32,000 bases of DNA, taken from NCBI GenBank assembly GCA_963718915.1, contig CAVRAI010000014.1, positions 1 through 32,000 on the forward strand, in the 5' to 3' direction. This stretch comes from an uncultured Chloroflexia bacterium (GTDB lineage: Bacteria; Chloroflexota; Ktedonobacteria; Ktedonobacterales; JADMIN01). Made by a program: the position numbers and the translations under genes. The notes under the pieces were generated by a model. That model did not search any database. It had not been told where the DNA came from and was given only the letters and a program-made list of their open reading frames with translations. Below, piece after piece: positions 10,066 through 19,058 of this stretch (position 1 is its first letter; each line of letters begins with the position of its first letter).

Positions 10066-10395
10066 TCACACACTGGAGGTGAGGCGCTGCCGGAAAGTTT
10101 CGGCGCTAATGCCCTCGATGGCGACAAGCTTCACGCGCGAGGACTCGCCCCGCAGCAGCGTCACCGCGCGTTTGGGTAGCCCCAGCCGCTCAGCCAGCAA
10201 CGCCAGCAGGGCAGCGTTGGCCGCGCCCTCCACGGGAGGAGCCGTCAGCCAGGCGCGCAGGGTATCGCCTTCGAGCGCGAGGGTGTTGCGACGGGCGCGC
10301 GGTGTGACCCGTACGGACACGATCAGCCGCGACTCATCCTCGCGGATGCCCTCAGAAGATGCGCTCGCGGTGCGGATACGCTGCCTACCAGCCAC
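10066..10395 (-). CDS. yggU: DUF167 (YggU) family protein
   Basis: VRVTPRARRNTL...L.AWLTAPPVEGAANAALLALLAERLGLPKRAVTLLRGESSRVKLV is the characteristic YggU core. GTG start overlapping the yggT stop by 11 nt. Confidence 0.8.
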   Translation of the reverse strand: MAGRQRIRTASASSEGIREDESRLIVSVRVTPRARRNTLALEGDTLRAWLTAPPVEGAANAALLALLAERLGLPKRAVTLLRGESSRVKLVAIEGISAETFRQRLTSSV

Positions 10396-10708
10396 GGGGC
10401 AGCGCCTGCAGAATCAATGCCGCTAATATCCCAATCGACCACCATGCGAAGATAAACGCGACCGTGTAGCCGATGTTGAGCATGCCCATCGAGGTTGAGG
10501 GGATGCGCTTCCGTATCGGGTCGATGAGGGGCGCGACCAGCGAATCGACAAAGCGCACCAACGGATTGCCCTGCGAGTTCGGCATCATCATCTGGAACCA
10601 CGAGAGCAGCATCCAGACGAACATGCCCAGAATGAGGATGTCGAACACAATCGCGACGACCAGATGAACTGGTCCCGCAAGGATTTGAACTAGTCCCAGG
10701 CCGAACAT
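10385..10708 (-). CDS. yggT: YggT/Ycf19 family membrane protein
   Basis: 107 aa with two TM helices and the family signature LLSWF...NPLVRFVDSLVAPLIDPIRKRIP....G.L..GY. Confidence 0.85.
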   Translation of the reverse strand: MFGLGLVQILAGPVHLVVAIVFDILILGMFVWMLLSWFQMMMPNSQGNPLVRFVDSLVAPLIDPIRKRIPSTSMGMLNIGYTVAFIFAWWSIGILAALILQALPRGW

Positions 10709-10756
10709 ATGCGCGCTCTCCTTCGGCGACTCCGACAGCGCCAGCCTTCAGCCAGC

Positions 10757-11281
10757 TTAGTCAGCGTTTAATGCTGTCTCTGTCTGCACCTCGATCACCC
10801 ATCGGCCAAAGAATCGGCGGCGACGCACCGACCGGATGCGGATATCATGCACATCCGGCAGCGTCGTGACGTAGCGCTGCATCAGCGTACCCACTGGCCG
10901 CGCCACCGCAAAGCCCGCCACCGAGCCAGCCGCCACCGTGGCGAAGCGCGTGCGCGGGCGGAGCGCTGTCAGCGCGAAGAGCGAGCCAACCATGACCACT
11001 GAAAGCCCGACGGCCAGATTCGTGCCACAGTTGGGATGGATCGCCAGTTCTGATTCCCCCCCCTGGAGTCGCCTCAGCGCCTCATCGCTGGCGCGGCGCA
11101 CCTCGCCCGGAGGGACATCGGCAAAGATGATGAACCCGCGCGCATTCGAGCGCGCGCTGGCATTGAGTTCGGGCAGCGCCTGCGAGAGCAGCGTGACTGT
11201 CGCGTGTTCCAGCGCATGATTCTGGCGGGTGCGCCGCCCAAACAGCATGTCTCCGGTATCCACCTGATGTCTCGCTTTCAT
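10757..11281 (-). CDS. hypothetical protein with HALEHAT / HPNCGTN motifs and hydrophobic segments (resembles what I recall as DUF6391)
   Basis: The ORF extends to 11392 but that part overlaps yggS. ATG 11281 lies 1 nt after the yggS TGA, suggesting translational coupling. Putative metal-ligand motifs are NHALEHATV and [11 protein letters not shown]. Hydrophobic stretches are [17 protein letters not shown] and [12 protein letters not shown]. Confidence 0.6.
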   Translation of the reverse strand: MKARHQVDTGDMLFGRRTRQNHALEHATVTLLSQALPELNASARSNARGFIIFADVPPGEVRRASDEALRRLQGGESELAIHPNCGTNLAVGLSVVMVGSLFALTALRPRTRFATVAAGSVAGFAVARPVGTLMQRYVTTLPDVHDIRIRSVRRRRFFGRWVIEVQTETALNAD

Positions 11282-11282
11282 C

Positions 11283-12098
11283 TCAGCCTGTCCGCTCGTC
11301 CCGCGCTGTTGCGGGTGGCGCGCCGATAGGTGGGCGCGAGCCAAAGATCGCGCGCCCGATCCGTACCAGTGTCGCGCCCTCTTCGATGGCAACCTCGAAA
11401 TCGTCGGTCATGCCCATCGAGAGTTCCGACCAGCCGCCATCTGGTTCCATCGGAACCGCTGCCCGGAGCGTCTCGCGAAGCGCGCGCATCTGGCGAAAGA
11501 CTGGCCGCACCGCCTCCGGATCATCCACCAGCGGCGCGACGGTCATCAGTCCCTCCAAAGACAGGTTTGGCAGCGCGGCGATGGCTCGCGCCACGCCGAC
11601 GAGATCGTTTGGCGCGATGCCAGCTTTACTCGCCTCGCCCGCGATGTTGACCTCCAGCAGAATCGGCAGCGCACGCCCGGTCTGGTGAGCGCGTAGCGAC
11701 AGCGCCTCGGCCAATCGCACGCTATCCACACTCTGCACCCGTGCAAACAATTCTACCGCACGCGCGGCCTTGTTCGTCTGCAAATGGCCGATCAACTCCC
11801 AGCGGATGGTGGTTAGCCCGGCGGCGGCAACGGCGGCAATCTTCTCGCGCGCCTCCTGCACGCGATTCTCGCCGAAGAGGCTCAGGCCATGCGCGGCGGC
11901 GGCTATCACCGCCTGCGCTGGCAGCGTCTTTGAGACCGCGACGATGCTGACACTTTCAGGCGCGCGACCAGCACGCCCGGCGGCGGTGGCAACCCGCGCG
12001 CGAATGGCGGCGATGCGCTGCGCCAGCTGGTTATCATCCCGCGATGAAAGCGTCTGCTCGTCCCGTTGCTCCGATGAAACCACTCCAGTCGCCTCCAT
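11283..12098 (-). CDS. yggS: YggS-family pyridoxal-phosphate homeostasis protein
   Basis: VAVSKT (PLP Lys), [44 protein letters not shown]. 271 aa, with an N-terminal extension of about 35 aa. Confidence 0.9.
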   Translation of the reverse strand: MEATGVVSSEQRDEQTLSSRDDNQLAQRIAAIRARVATAAGRAGRAPESVSIVAVSKTLPAQAVIAAAAHGLSLFGENRVQEAREKIAAVAAAGLTTIRWELIGHLQTNKAARAVELFARVQSVDSVRLAEALSLRAHQTGRALPILLEVNIAGEASKAGIAPNDLVGVARAIAALPNLSLEGLMTVAPLVDDPEAVRPVFRQMRALRETLRAAVPMEPDGGWSELSMGMTDDFEVAIEEGATLVRIGRAIFGSRPPIGAPPATARDERTG

Positions 12099-12110
12099 CA
12101 GTGACGCGGT

Positions 12111-12965
12111 TCAGTGAGTAGCAGGGCGCAGGCCGATGGCGACCATAAAGCGCCCGCTGGGCCACGGCTCGCGGCGATGCGAGTAAAACAGGTCGGTACG
12201 ACAGCCCGTGCAGATATCCGAATCTTCGAGATGCTCCGGGCGGACTCCGGCGGCCAGCGCCTGATTATAGGTTGAGCGGCGCACGTCGAGAAAGCGGCGC
12301 GGCTGCGTCTCGCCCTCGGACACGCGCTCATCCAGAACAACCGTCTCGCGCACTAGCGGGTTGGCCTGAAACGCCGCGACGACATTCTCCTGCACCTCAT
12401 AGCAACACGCGCCGATGGCTGGCCCGATGCCCACAATCAACTCCGCTGGCTGCGCTCCGAAACGCGCGCCCATCGCGGCAATCGTGCGCGGGAGGATGCC
12501 GCCAGCCGCGCCGCGCCAGCCCGAGTGAACGAGCGCGACCACCTCATGCTGCGGATCGTAGAGCAGCACGGGCGCGCAGTCGCCAAACGACCAGCAGAGC
12601 GCCAGGCCAGGCACGTCTGTCACCATCGCGTCGGCGTCGATCACACGCAATCGTTCATGCAGCCATTTCGTGCTCGCGGCGCCGTCTGGCGCGCCCGCGG
12701 CGAACGCGCGATCCACGAAGACCACATCGGTTCCATGGACTGGCTTTGCCCAGATGAGCGGCAGCCCGATGGCATCCGCGACGGCATGACGATTACGTAA
12801 GACGGCCTCCACATCATCGCCAGTAGTAACGCTGCCATTCAGTCCCGCGTAGGGGCTGGCGCTGAAGCCACGCCGCCTGGTAAAGACCCCATGAGCGACC
12901 TGTGGATAGCCGCTCAATGCCTCGAATGTGAAAAACTCGGTATGATCTGTTGTCTGCTCGAACAC
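12111..12965 (-). CDS. pgeF: peptidoglycan editing factor PgeF (YfiH/DUF152, laccase-domain protein)
   Basis: HGTDVV.VD, DAMVTD.PGLAL...GDCAPVLLYDP, HSGWRG, GP.IG.CCYEV and C....LFYSHRRE motifs. GTG start after AAGGA. 12-nt gap to yggS. Confidence 0.9.
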   Translation of the reverse strand: MFEQTTDHTEFFTFEALSGYPQVAHGVFTRRRGFSASPYAGLNGSVTTGDDVEAVLRNRHAVADAIGLPLIWAKPVHGTDVVFVDRAFAAGAPDGAASTKWLHERLRVIDADAMVTDVPGLALCWSFGDCAPVLLYDPQHEVVALVHSGWRGAAGGILPRTIAAMGARFGAQPAELIVGIGPAIGACCYEVQENVVAAFQANPLVRETVVLDERVSEGETQPRRFLDVRRSTYNQALAAGVRPEHLEDSDICTGCRTDLFYSHRREPWPSGRFMVAIGLRPATH

Positions 12966-13191
12966 ACGCTATCCTTCGTTGTCCAGATTCAGGTGCAGCC
13001 ACAGCATAGCACGCTACCCGTGACCGCGCCACCGTCTCGCCATCGTAGCAACGTCGCGCCCATGGCGTCATGGGACAAAATGCGTGCAGTGTGCGTAATC
13101 TGAGATAGCGGGGCGTCACGATGACGGCTATGCGGTCGCCGGAGACCGGGCAGCATATCCGCTGAGCTGAGCACAGCAAAGGAGCGGGCGC

Positions 13192-14235
13192 ATGGCAGGC
13201 GTGACAATTCTCGGCACGGGCGCGTGGGGTACAACACTGGCCCGCCTGCTCGCCGATGAGCGACTACGATGGGCCGAGGACGACGCCTCCGCCGCGGAAA
13301 CCGTGCTGCTCTGGGAGCATCACCCCGAGCGCGCCGACATTATGGAGCGCGAGCGTGTGAATCAGGATTACCTGCCGGAGATGCCGTTCCCGTCAAACCT
13401 GCACGTCACCGCTGACCTGGCTGAGGCCGTACGCGAGCGGGAGCTTGTGCTTATCGTCACCCCCTCGCAGCGCGTACGCGAGCAGGCAAAGATGGTGGCG
13501 CCGCATCTCGCTCCAGGCGCTATCGTCGCCTGCGCCAGCAAAGGATTGGAGCTTGGCTCGCGGCTGCGTATGTCACAGGTCTTGAAGGAAGAATTGCCTG
13601 ATGAGATTGCCATCGTTGCACTGAGTGGGCCGAATCTGGCCATGGAGATTGCGCGCGGACTGCCCGCTGCGGCGGTGGTGGCCTCGAACTCCCCGGCGGC
13701 GGCGGAAAGGGCGCGCAGACTGCTCACGGCGGGGATGTTTCGCGTCTACACCAGCGACGATCTGCCTGGCGTCGAGCTGGGGGGCGCGCTCAAGAACATC
13801 ATCGCGCTCGGCGTCGGCGTCAGCGATGGCCTGGGCTATGGCGAGAACGCCAAAGCGGCCTTCATGACGCGGGCGCTGGCCGAAATCTCGCGGTTGGCGC
13901 TGGCGGCGGGCGCGAACCCACTGACACTGGCGGGGCTGGCGGGGCTGGGTGACCTGATCGCCACCTGTTCCAGCCCATTGAGCCGCAATCGCACACTAGG
14001 CCTGGAATTGGCCAAAGGGCGTCCGCTGGACGAGGTGCTGGCTGAGCGCAAAACCGTGGCAGAGGGCGTCACGACGACTCGCGCCGCGCTCGAGCTTGCC
14101 GAGGCGCTTCGCGTCGAGCTGCCGATTACCGAGCAGATCGCGCGCGTGCTCTTCGAGCAGAAGGACGTCAAAGAGGCCGTGCGCTCGCTCATGCTGCGTG
14201 ACCCCAAGCATGAGTTGCACGGCCTCAACGAATAA
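13192..14235 (+). CDS. gpsA: NAD(P)H-dependent glycerol-3-phosphate dehydrogenase
   Basis: N-terminal Rossmann motif ILGTGAWGTTLA. Also SKGLE, LSGPNLAMEIA and GALKNIIALGVGVSDGLGYGENAKAAFMTRALAE. AAGGAG lies 8 nt upstream of the ATG. Confidence 0.92.
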   Translation: MAGVTILGTGAWGTTLARLLADERLRWAEDDASAAETVLLWEHHPERADIMERERVNQDYLPEMPFPSNLHVTADLAEAVRERELVLIVTPSQRVREQAKMVAPHLAPGAIVACASKGLELGSRLRMSQVLKEELPDEIAIVALSGPNLAMEIARGLPAAAVVASNSPAAAERARRLLTAGMFRVYTSDDLPGVELGGALKNIIALGVGVSDGLGYGENAKAAFMTRALAEISRLALAAGANPLTLAGLAGLGDLIATCSSPLSRNRTLGLELAKGRPLDEVLAERKTVAEGVTTTRAALELAEALRVELPITEQIARVLFEQKDVKEAVRSLMLRDPKHELHGLNE

Positions 14236-14238
14236 CAG

Positions 14239-14258
14239 GTCTCAGGCAGCGCTGAGAC
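14239..14258. terminator. hairpin between convergent gpsA and usp-like genes (possible bidirectional terminator)
   Basis: GTCTCAG gcagcg CTGAGAC, a perfect 7-bp stem located 4 nt after the gpsA stop. There is no U-tract, so the call is weak. Confidence 0.3.
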
Positions 14259-14264
14259 GCCAGA

Positions 14265-14909
14265 CTACATGGTGCGCTCAGAGCGCTCCTGCGGCGGCTC
14301 GCCACGCACCATCCAGACACGGTGCGGCGCGTTCCTCAACACAAATTGGGCGGTGTCATCCAGACACACCTGCCCGGTGCGCCCGAAGCGGTACGGCAAG
14401 CCCAGGATGATGAGCGAGCACTCGTGGACATCGCTCTCATCCACAAAACTCTGACCTAACGACCGCGACTGGATAATCTCCGGCTCGACGGGGAAGTTCA
14501 GTTGTCCCGCCACCGCCACCGCAGCGTCCAGCGCGGAGTTCCCCTGGTCGCTTTCTTTGGGCATCTCGGCGTCTACTGGCAGGGTGCGTGGCACCTCGAT
14601 GCCAAAGACCGCGAAGACATGACTCTTCTTCATTTTCGCAATGGTGCAGGCCAGCGTGATTAACTCGCGGTCCTGCACTGAGCCAGTCACAACCACCAGC
14701 ACATTTTTCGGACATTGCGGATCCTGCTCATTGGGCAGGGGCATCATATCTGGCTTAGGCGTGCTCTCATTCGCGCCTGGATGATTCTCCATAAGGTGAA
14801 GCCCCTCAATAACCTTGGCAGCTTTTCTCTGGGGAACCAGCCGCTCTAAAAGCCCCACAGCCATATCCTCCTTGGGAATACCATACACAGTGGCATTCTG
14901 CAACAGCAT
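14265..14909 (-). CDS. universal stress protein (UspA) family protein with N-terminal extension
   Basis: The C-terminal 150 aa show the USP fold pattern (VLVVVTGS...ELI.LA, SLIILGL..R......CLDDTAQFVLRNAPHRVWMV). The start is uncertain: ATG 14909 follows GGTGGGAG, and TTG 14933 and internal ATGs are alternatives. Confidence 0.7.
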   Translation of the reverse strand: MLLQNATVYGIPKEDMAVGLLERLVPQRKAAKVIEGLHLMENHPGANESTPKPDMMPLPNEQDPQCPKNVLVVVTGSVQDRELITLACTIAKMKKSHVFAVFGIEVPRTLPVDAEMPKESDQGNSALDAAVAVAGQLNFPVEPEIIQSRSLGQSFVDESDVHECSLIILGLPYRFGRTGQVCLDDTAQFVLRNAPHRVWMVRGEPPQERSERTM

Positions 14910-15250
14910 TATTGCTCCCACCATCGGGCGCAATCATCATGCGATAACATGCGATACGTGCGATAGACGCACAAAGGGTACCAGGACGCACGCCATCAGC
15001 CATCAGTCTCGATCACCGCCACATGAACGTGGACATGGACGAACTCGACAGATTTCTCGCGCCTTTCAGACGCCTGCGTGATCCAGATACCCTCTTGGAC
15101 GAACCGGACAGTGCCAACTCGCCCGATAACCATTATTGTGCCGTAGTGACTTCGCTATTCATACGCCTCTTTTTGGGCGTTGTCAATAACCCATTCACCC
15201 CACTACACAGTATATACCAGCTTTATATTTTACCACAATGTTATGTTATC

Positions 15251-15280
15251 TTTCAAGGGCGACGTCGCTACGGGTATAAT
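15251..15280 (+). promoter_or_regulatory. candidate sigma-70-type promoter
   Basis: TTTCAA, an 18-nt spacer, then TATAAT, within an AT-rich 500-bp divergent intergenic region upstream of the 15430 ORF. Confidence 0.35.
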
Positions 15281-15429
15281 CCCTGATAGTGTGGGCGCGC
15301 CACGCTCGCGCCATCCGCATAACATGTTGCATCTAGAATACGCACAGGACATCATAAAAGTTATGGAACAAATCAACGCCGACCCGATGAATTCAGCCAT
15401 TGCGCCCTCTCAGGACCCGATAGCGGAGC

Positions 15430-15900
15430 ATGCACGAGTGGGCCAGTCCCGGTGTGAGCGTGCGCAAGCGCTGGCTGACGGGCATCGGCGTTCTCCTCGC
15501 CAGCGCGCTCTTCTTCTTCATCGCACTGAGCGAAGGCGTTACGATGCTGGTGAGCACGCTGATTGGCATCGTCTTCATCGGCGGCTTTATCGGCTATCTG
15601 CGGGTCGTCGCGCCCGCGCCGTTCACGATACGGCTGGATGACGAGGGTATCAGTCGCAGCGACCGCGGCGGTGAGCCGGTGACGATTCTCTGGGCTAATG
15701 TCGCCAAGATCAGGGAAGAGGTTTTCCCCAGCGGCAAACCCGTCAGTATCGCCGTCTTCAAGCGGGTTGGCGAGCGCGGACTCCACCGCTCCTGGGTCGT
15801 CTATGGCGACGACATCCCCCACTTCGCCGAATTCATCGCCGCGCTCCACGCTGGCTTGCCAGAAAGTACCCCCTGGCTACGCGAGACCGTCCACGAGTAA
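15430..15900 (+). CDS. hypothetical membrane-anchored protein (2 TM helices plus a soluble C-terminal domain)
   Basis: High third-position GC in this frame. TM helices are WLTGIGVLLASALFFFIAL and LVSTLIGIVFIGGFIGYL. No family recognised and the start is uncertain. Confidence 0.5.
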   Translation: MHEWASPGVSVRKRWLTGIGVLLASALFFFIALSEGVTMLVSTLIGIVFIGGFIGYLRVVAPAPFTIRLDDEGISRSDRGGEPVTILWANVAKIREEVFPSGKPVSIAVFKRVGERGLHRSWVVYGDDIPHFAEFIAALHAGLPESTPWLRETVHE

Positions 15901-16212
15901 GACAATGCAGGCAGTTCGCGCCGACTGGAAGCTTTTGTGGAGGCGTCCAGATGCGGCGCTCCGCTGATATAGGAGGAAGCGCCATGGGAGTACGCGATCT
16001 GCCAGTCTGGGGAAAACTCGCCACGATGCTGGCCAACGACGGATTGGACGCGCTGGGCGCGAAGAAATGCGCGCAAAAAGGGCACAAATGGCATGATGTC
16101 GGCGCGGTGGTGTTGCACGATGATGGCGCGCACGAGTGAACTGCCGCGCGGGGCGATGCAGCGCTGCCGCCGCTGCGGCCTGACTCGCAATCCCAACGAG
16201 AGCTAGCGCGCT

Positions 16213-17552
16213 ATGTCGCCGCCAGACCGCACCCCGAACGACATCCATGTCGTCGAGCTGATCCGCCGCAAGCGCGAGGGCGAGGCGCTCTCCGCCAGCG
16301 AGCTAGCCAACCTCATCGCGGCGTATACTCGCGGCGATGTGCCGGACTACCAGATGGCGGCGTGGCTGATGGCGGTCGTCTGGCGCGGTATGACGGCGGA
16401 CGAGGCGACCGCGCTGACGCTGGCGATGGCAGATTCCGGCGAGCGGCTGGCCGTGCGCGACTATGTCAGCCCCGTGGCCGATAAGCACAGCACTGGCGGT
16501 GTTGGCGATAAGCTGACGCTGGTGGTCGCGCCGCTGGTGGCCGCCTGCGGGCTGCCGGTCGCCAAGATGTCTGGTCGGGGGCTTGGGCATACCGGTGGCA
16601 CCATCGATAAGCTGGAAGCCATCCCTGGGTTGCGCACCGACCTCTCGCGCCAGGATGTTTTGGAAGGGCTGCGCGCGCATGGGCTGGCGCTGGCGGCGCA
16701 ATCGGCTGCGCTGGCTCCGGCGGATGGCAAGCTCTACGCGCTACGCGACGTGACGGCGACGGTGGAGAGCATTCCGTTGATCGCCGCGAGCATTATGGCC
16801 AAGAAGCTAGCAGTTGGCCCCTCGCATCTCCTGCTGGACGTAAAGGTGGGCGCGGGCGCGTTCATGAAGACCGTCGAGGACTCGCGGAAGCTGGCGCGTC
16901 TGATGGTGGATATCGGCGTGGCGGCGGGCATTCGCACGGTCGCGCTGCTCACGGCGATGGACGAGCCGTTGGGGAACGCCGTCGGCAACGCGCTCGAATT
17001 GGCCGAGGCCATCGAGACGCTCCAGGGCAATGGGCCAGCGGATGTCACCGAGCTGGCGCTGCATGAGGCGGCAACGCTGCTGGCGATGGCGGGAATCGTC
17101 ACGAATGAAGCTGAAGGCCGCCAGTCCGCGCAACAGGCAATCGCGGATGGTCGGGCGTTGGCGAAGCTGGCGGAGGTGGTCGCGGCGCAGGGCGGCGATG
17201 CCACGGCCATTATTCGACGCCCGTGAAGTTGCCACAGGCGGCCTGGGTCGAGCGAGTCGCTTCGCCGCAAAGCGGCTACCTCACAGCGATACATGCCGAA
17301 CAGGTCGGCAGGGTTGTTGGGTTGCTCGGCGCGGGGCGTCGGCGCAAAGGCGACACGATAGACCCAGTTGTGGGGCTGCTGCTACGTACAAAGGTGGGCG
17401 ATCACGTTACGCAGGGCGATCCGCTCGTCGAAATTCACGCGCGCTCGCGGGCAGAGGCGGATGCCGTGCGTGATGCATTGCTCGCCGCTTATCGCTGGGA
17501 TGACCAGCCGCCCGCGCCCCATCCGCTGCTGATCGAGTGGATCGACGGGTGA
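16213..17552 (+). pseudogene. pdp: pyrimidine-nucleoside (thymidine) phosphorylase, split by a frameshift at about 17211-17225
   Basis: ORF 16213-17226 (337 aa) has the glycosyltransferase-family-3 core (DKHSTGGVGDK, MSGRGLGHTGGTIDKLE, SIMAKKLA). ORF 17223-17552 (109 aa, frame +3) is the PYNP C-terminal domain (G.L..I.AE.VG.....LGAGR..KGD.IDP.VG). Together they give about 446 aa, which is one normal-length enzyme. Confidence 0.8.
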
Positions 17553-17617
17553 ATGCGCGCCTACGCAATGGCAGGAGCGCGGGCGGTGTATGCAGTTTTA
17601 CAAAATACGACGGACAC

Positions 17618-17657
17618 GCCACGGCGGCTGGCGGCTTCAGCCGCCAGCCGCCGTGGC
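17618..17657. repeat. perfect 18-bp-stem GC-rich palindrome (REP-like; possible bidirectional terminator)
   Basis: GCCACGGCGGCTGGCGGC ttca GCCGCCAGCCGCCGTGGC, between convergent pdp and the rhomboid gene. Its core shares 18 of 19 nt with 27745-27763. Confidence 0.7.
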
Positions 17658-17696
17658 GGCATTAACTGCCCGCCCATGGCTTCCGACCGCCAGTCC

Positions 17697-18869
17697 TCAA
17701 TACCCCGCACGGACACGTCGCCTGCCATCCATCGTGGCCATGATTGCGCCAATGATGAAGCCAGACACCAGGCCGCCCAGGTGTGCCCAGCCAGCAATAT
17801 TGGGACTGCTGATCGAGATGAAGATGTTGAGGGCCAGCCAGAAGAGCCACTGTCCAATAAGCGCGTTGGCGGCGGGGCCGAGCGCCCGGCGGCGCAGCAG
17901 TATCAGTGCGCCGAACGCGCCGAAGATACCAGCAATCGCGCCCGATGCGCCAAGGAACGGCGTCGCGGGCAGGATAATCATCTGCGTCAGCCCGGCGATG
18001 ATGCCCGACGCGAAATAGATGATCGTGAAACGCCCGCTCCCGAACAAGCGCTCGACAAGGACGCCGACAAAGAACAGTGAGAGCATGTTGGTCGCGATAT
18101 GTACCAGGTCGGCATGGAGGAACATCGACGTCAGCAGGCGATAGGCCTGAGTCGGGTCCTGCTCGATCAGGGCGCCTTGAGCGATCCCGACGTTGTATAG
18201 GGCGCCGCCCAACAAAAAGACGCCAATGTTGAGCGCCATCAGCGTGTAGGTGACAACCGGCACACCACGGAAGGCGAAGCGGGCGCGCACCATCTGGCGC
18301 TCGCGCGGTGACCGCTGATCCCACGTGCGCGGGCCAGGCGTGGTTGGAATCTTCGGCGCGAACTCCTCGCCCGCGGCGACGGTTGGCAGAGCGGCGGCGG
18401 GTTTGGGAACCTGCGCGAACAGGTGATCCAGGTCGCGCGTGCCCCAGGTGCGTCCGGCGCGGGCCTCCGCCAGCGCGCCTTCATAACGCTGCCCCAGCCG
18501 TCGCAGCACATACGCGCGCAACGCATGGGCGTAGCCGCGGGTGGGGTCCAGCTCAATCGACTGCTCGACATCCTGCAGCGCGACATCGAACTGTTGGTTC
18601 AGCGTCGCCAATAACGCGCGCGCCAACGCCGCCTCGGCGCTCTCCGGCGCGAGCTGCTGCACCTGTGCGCAGGCCTGCTGCATCGTCGCGAAATCGCCCA
18701 ACGACAGACTGGCCTCGGCCAGCCCCAGGTGGCCAGCGGGATTATTCGGCTCCGCGCGCGCGACCCCGGCGAATACCTCCGCCGCCTCGCGCACATCGCC
18801 CTGTTTCAGCAGCGTATCGCCGCGCTCAATCTGCGACTGGGCGCTCGTCTGTTGCTGTTGCTCCATCAT
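17697..18869 (-). CDS. rhomboid-family intramembrane serine protease with N-terminal TPR domain
   Basis: TPR-like N-terminal 140 aa (GDVREAAEVFAGVARAEPNNPAGHLGLAEASLSLGDF...). The rhomboid core has FLHADLVHIATNM, the catalytic GASGAIAGIFGA and the WAHLGGLVSG histidine. Confidence 0.85.
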   Translation of the reverse strand: MMEQQQQTSAQSQIERGDTLLKQGDVREAAEVFAGVARAEPNNPAGHLGLAEASLSLGDFATMQQACAQVQQLAPESAEAALARALLATLNQQFDVALQDVEQSIELDPTRGYAHALRAYVLRRLGQRYEGALAEARAGRTWGTRDLDHLFAQVPKPAAALPTVAAGEEFAPKIPTTPGPRTWDQRSPRERQMVRARFAFRGVPVVTYTLMALNIGVFLLGGALYNVGIAQGALIEQDPTQAYRLLTSMFLHADLVHIATNMLSLFFVGVLVERLFGSGRFTIIYFASGIIAGLTQMIILPATPFLGASGAIAGIFGAFGALILLRRRALGPAANALIGQWLFWLALNIFISISSPNIAGWAHLGGLVSGFIIGAIMATMDGRRRVRAGY

Positions 18870-19058
18870 CTGCTCCGTATCTGTGCGCCGCCGTGGTTCC
18901 AGGGAATGTACGGCGCGGTATCTTCCGCGTTATGGTGGTGGTCTTGTCTCGCATTGTGCCATGTTATGCCTTGCGCCTCGCCAGACACTCCTGCCACTGT
19001 AGCATATACGCACGAGAGGCGCGCGATGTCTTAGTTTCCTGGCAAGCGCGTGCGGGTA

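Noticed and set aside
15023-15286. 87-aa ORF in the AT-rich region between the usp-like gene and the 15430 ORF.
   Set aside because: The second half runs through obvious promoter-like AT-rich sequence containing TATAAT and has poor codon bias. There is no RBS and no motif. Only the first 40 codons or so look coding-like.
15951-16205. Small Cys/His-containing ORFs (KKCAQKGHKWHD... and ...MQRCRRCGLTRNPNES) that together look like a zinc ribbon split over two frames.
   Set aside because: A hypothetical frameshift is needed to join them. There is no RBS, the pieces are very short and no family is recognisable. This could be chance in GC-rich intergenic DNA.
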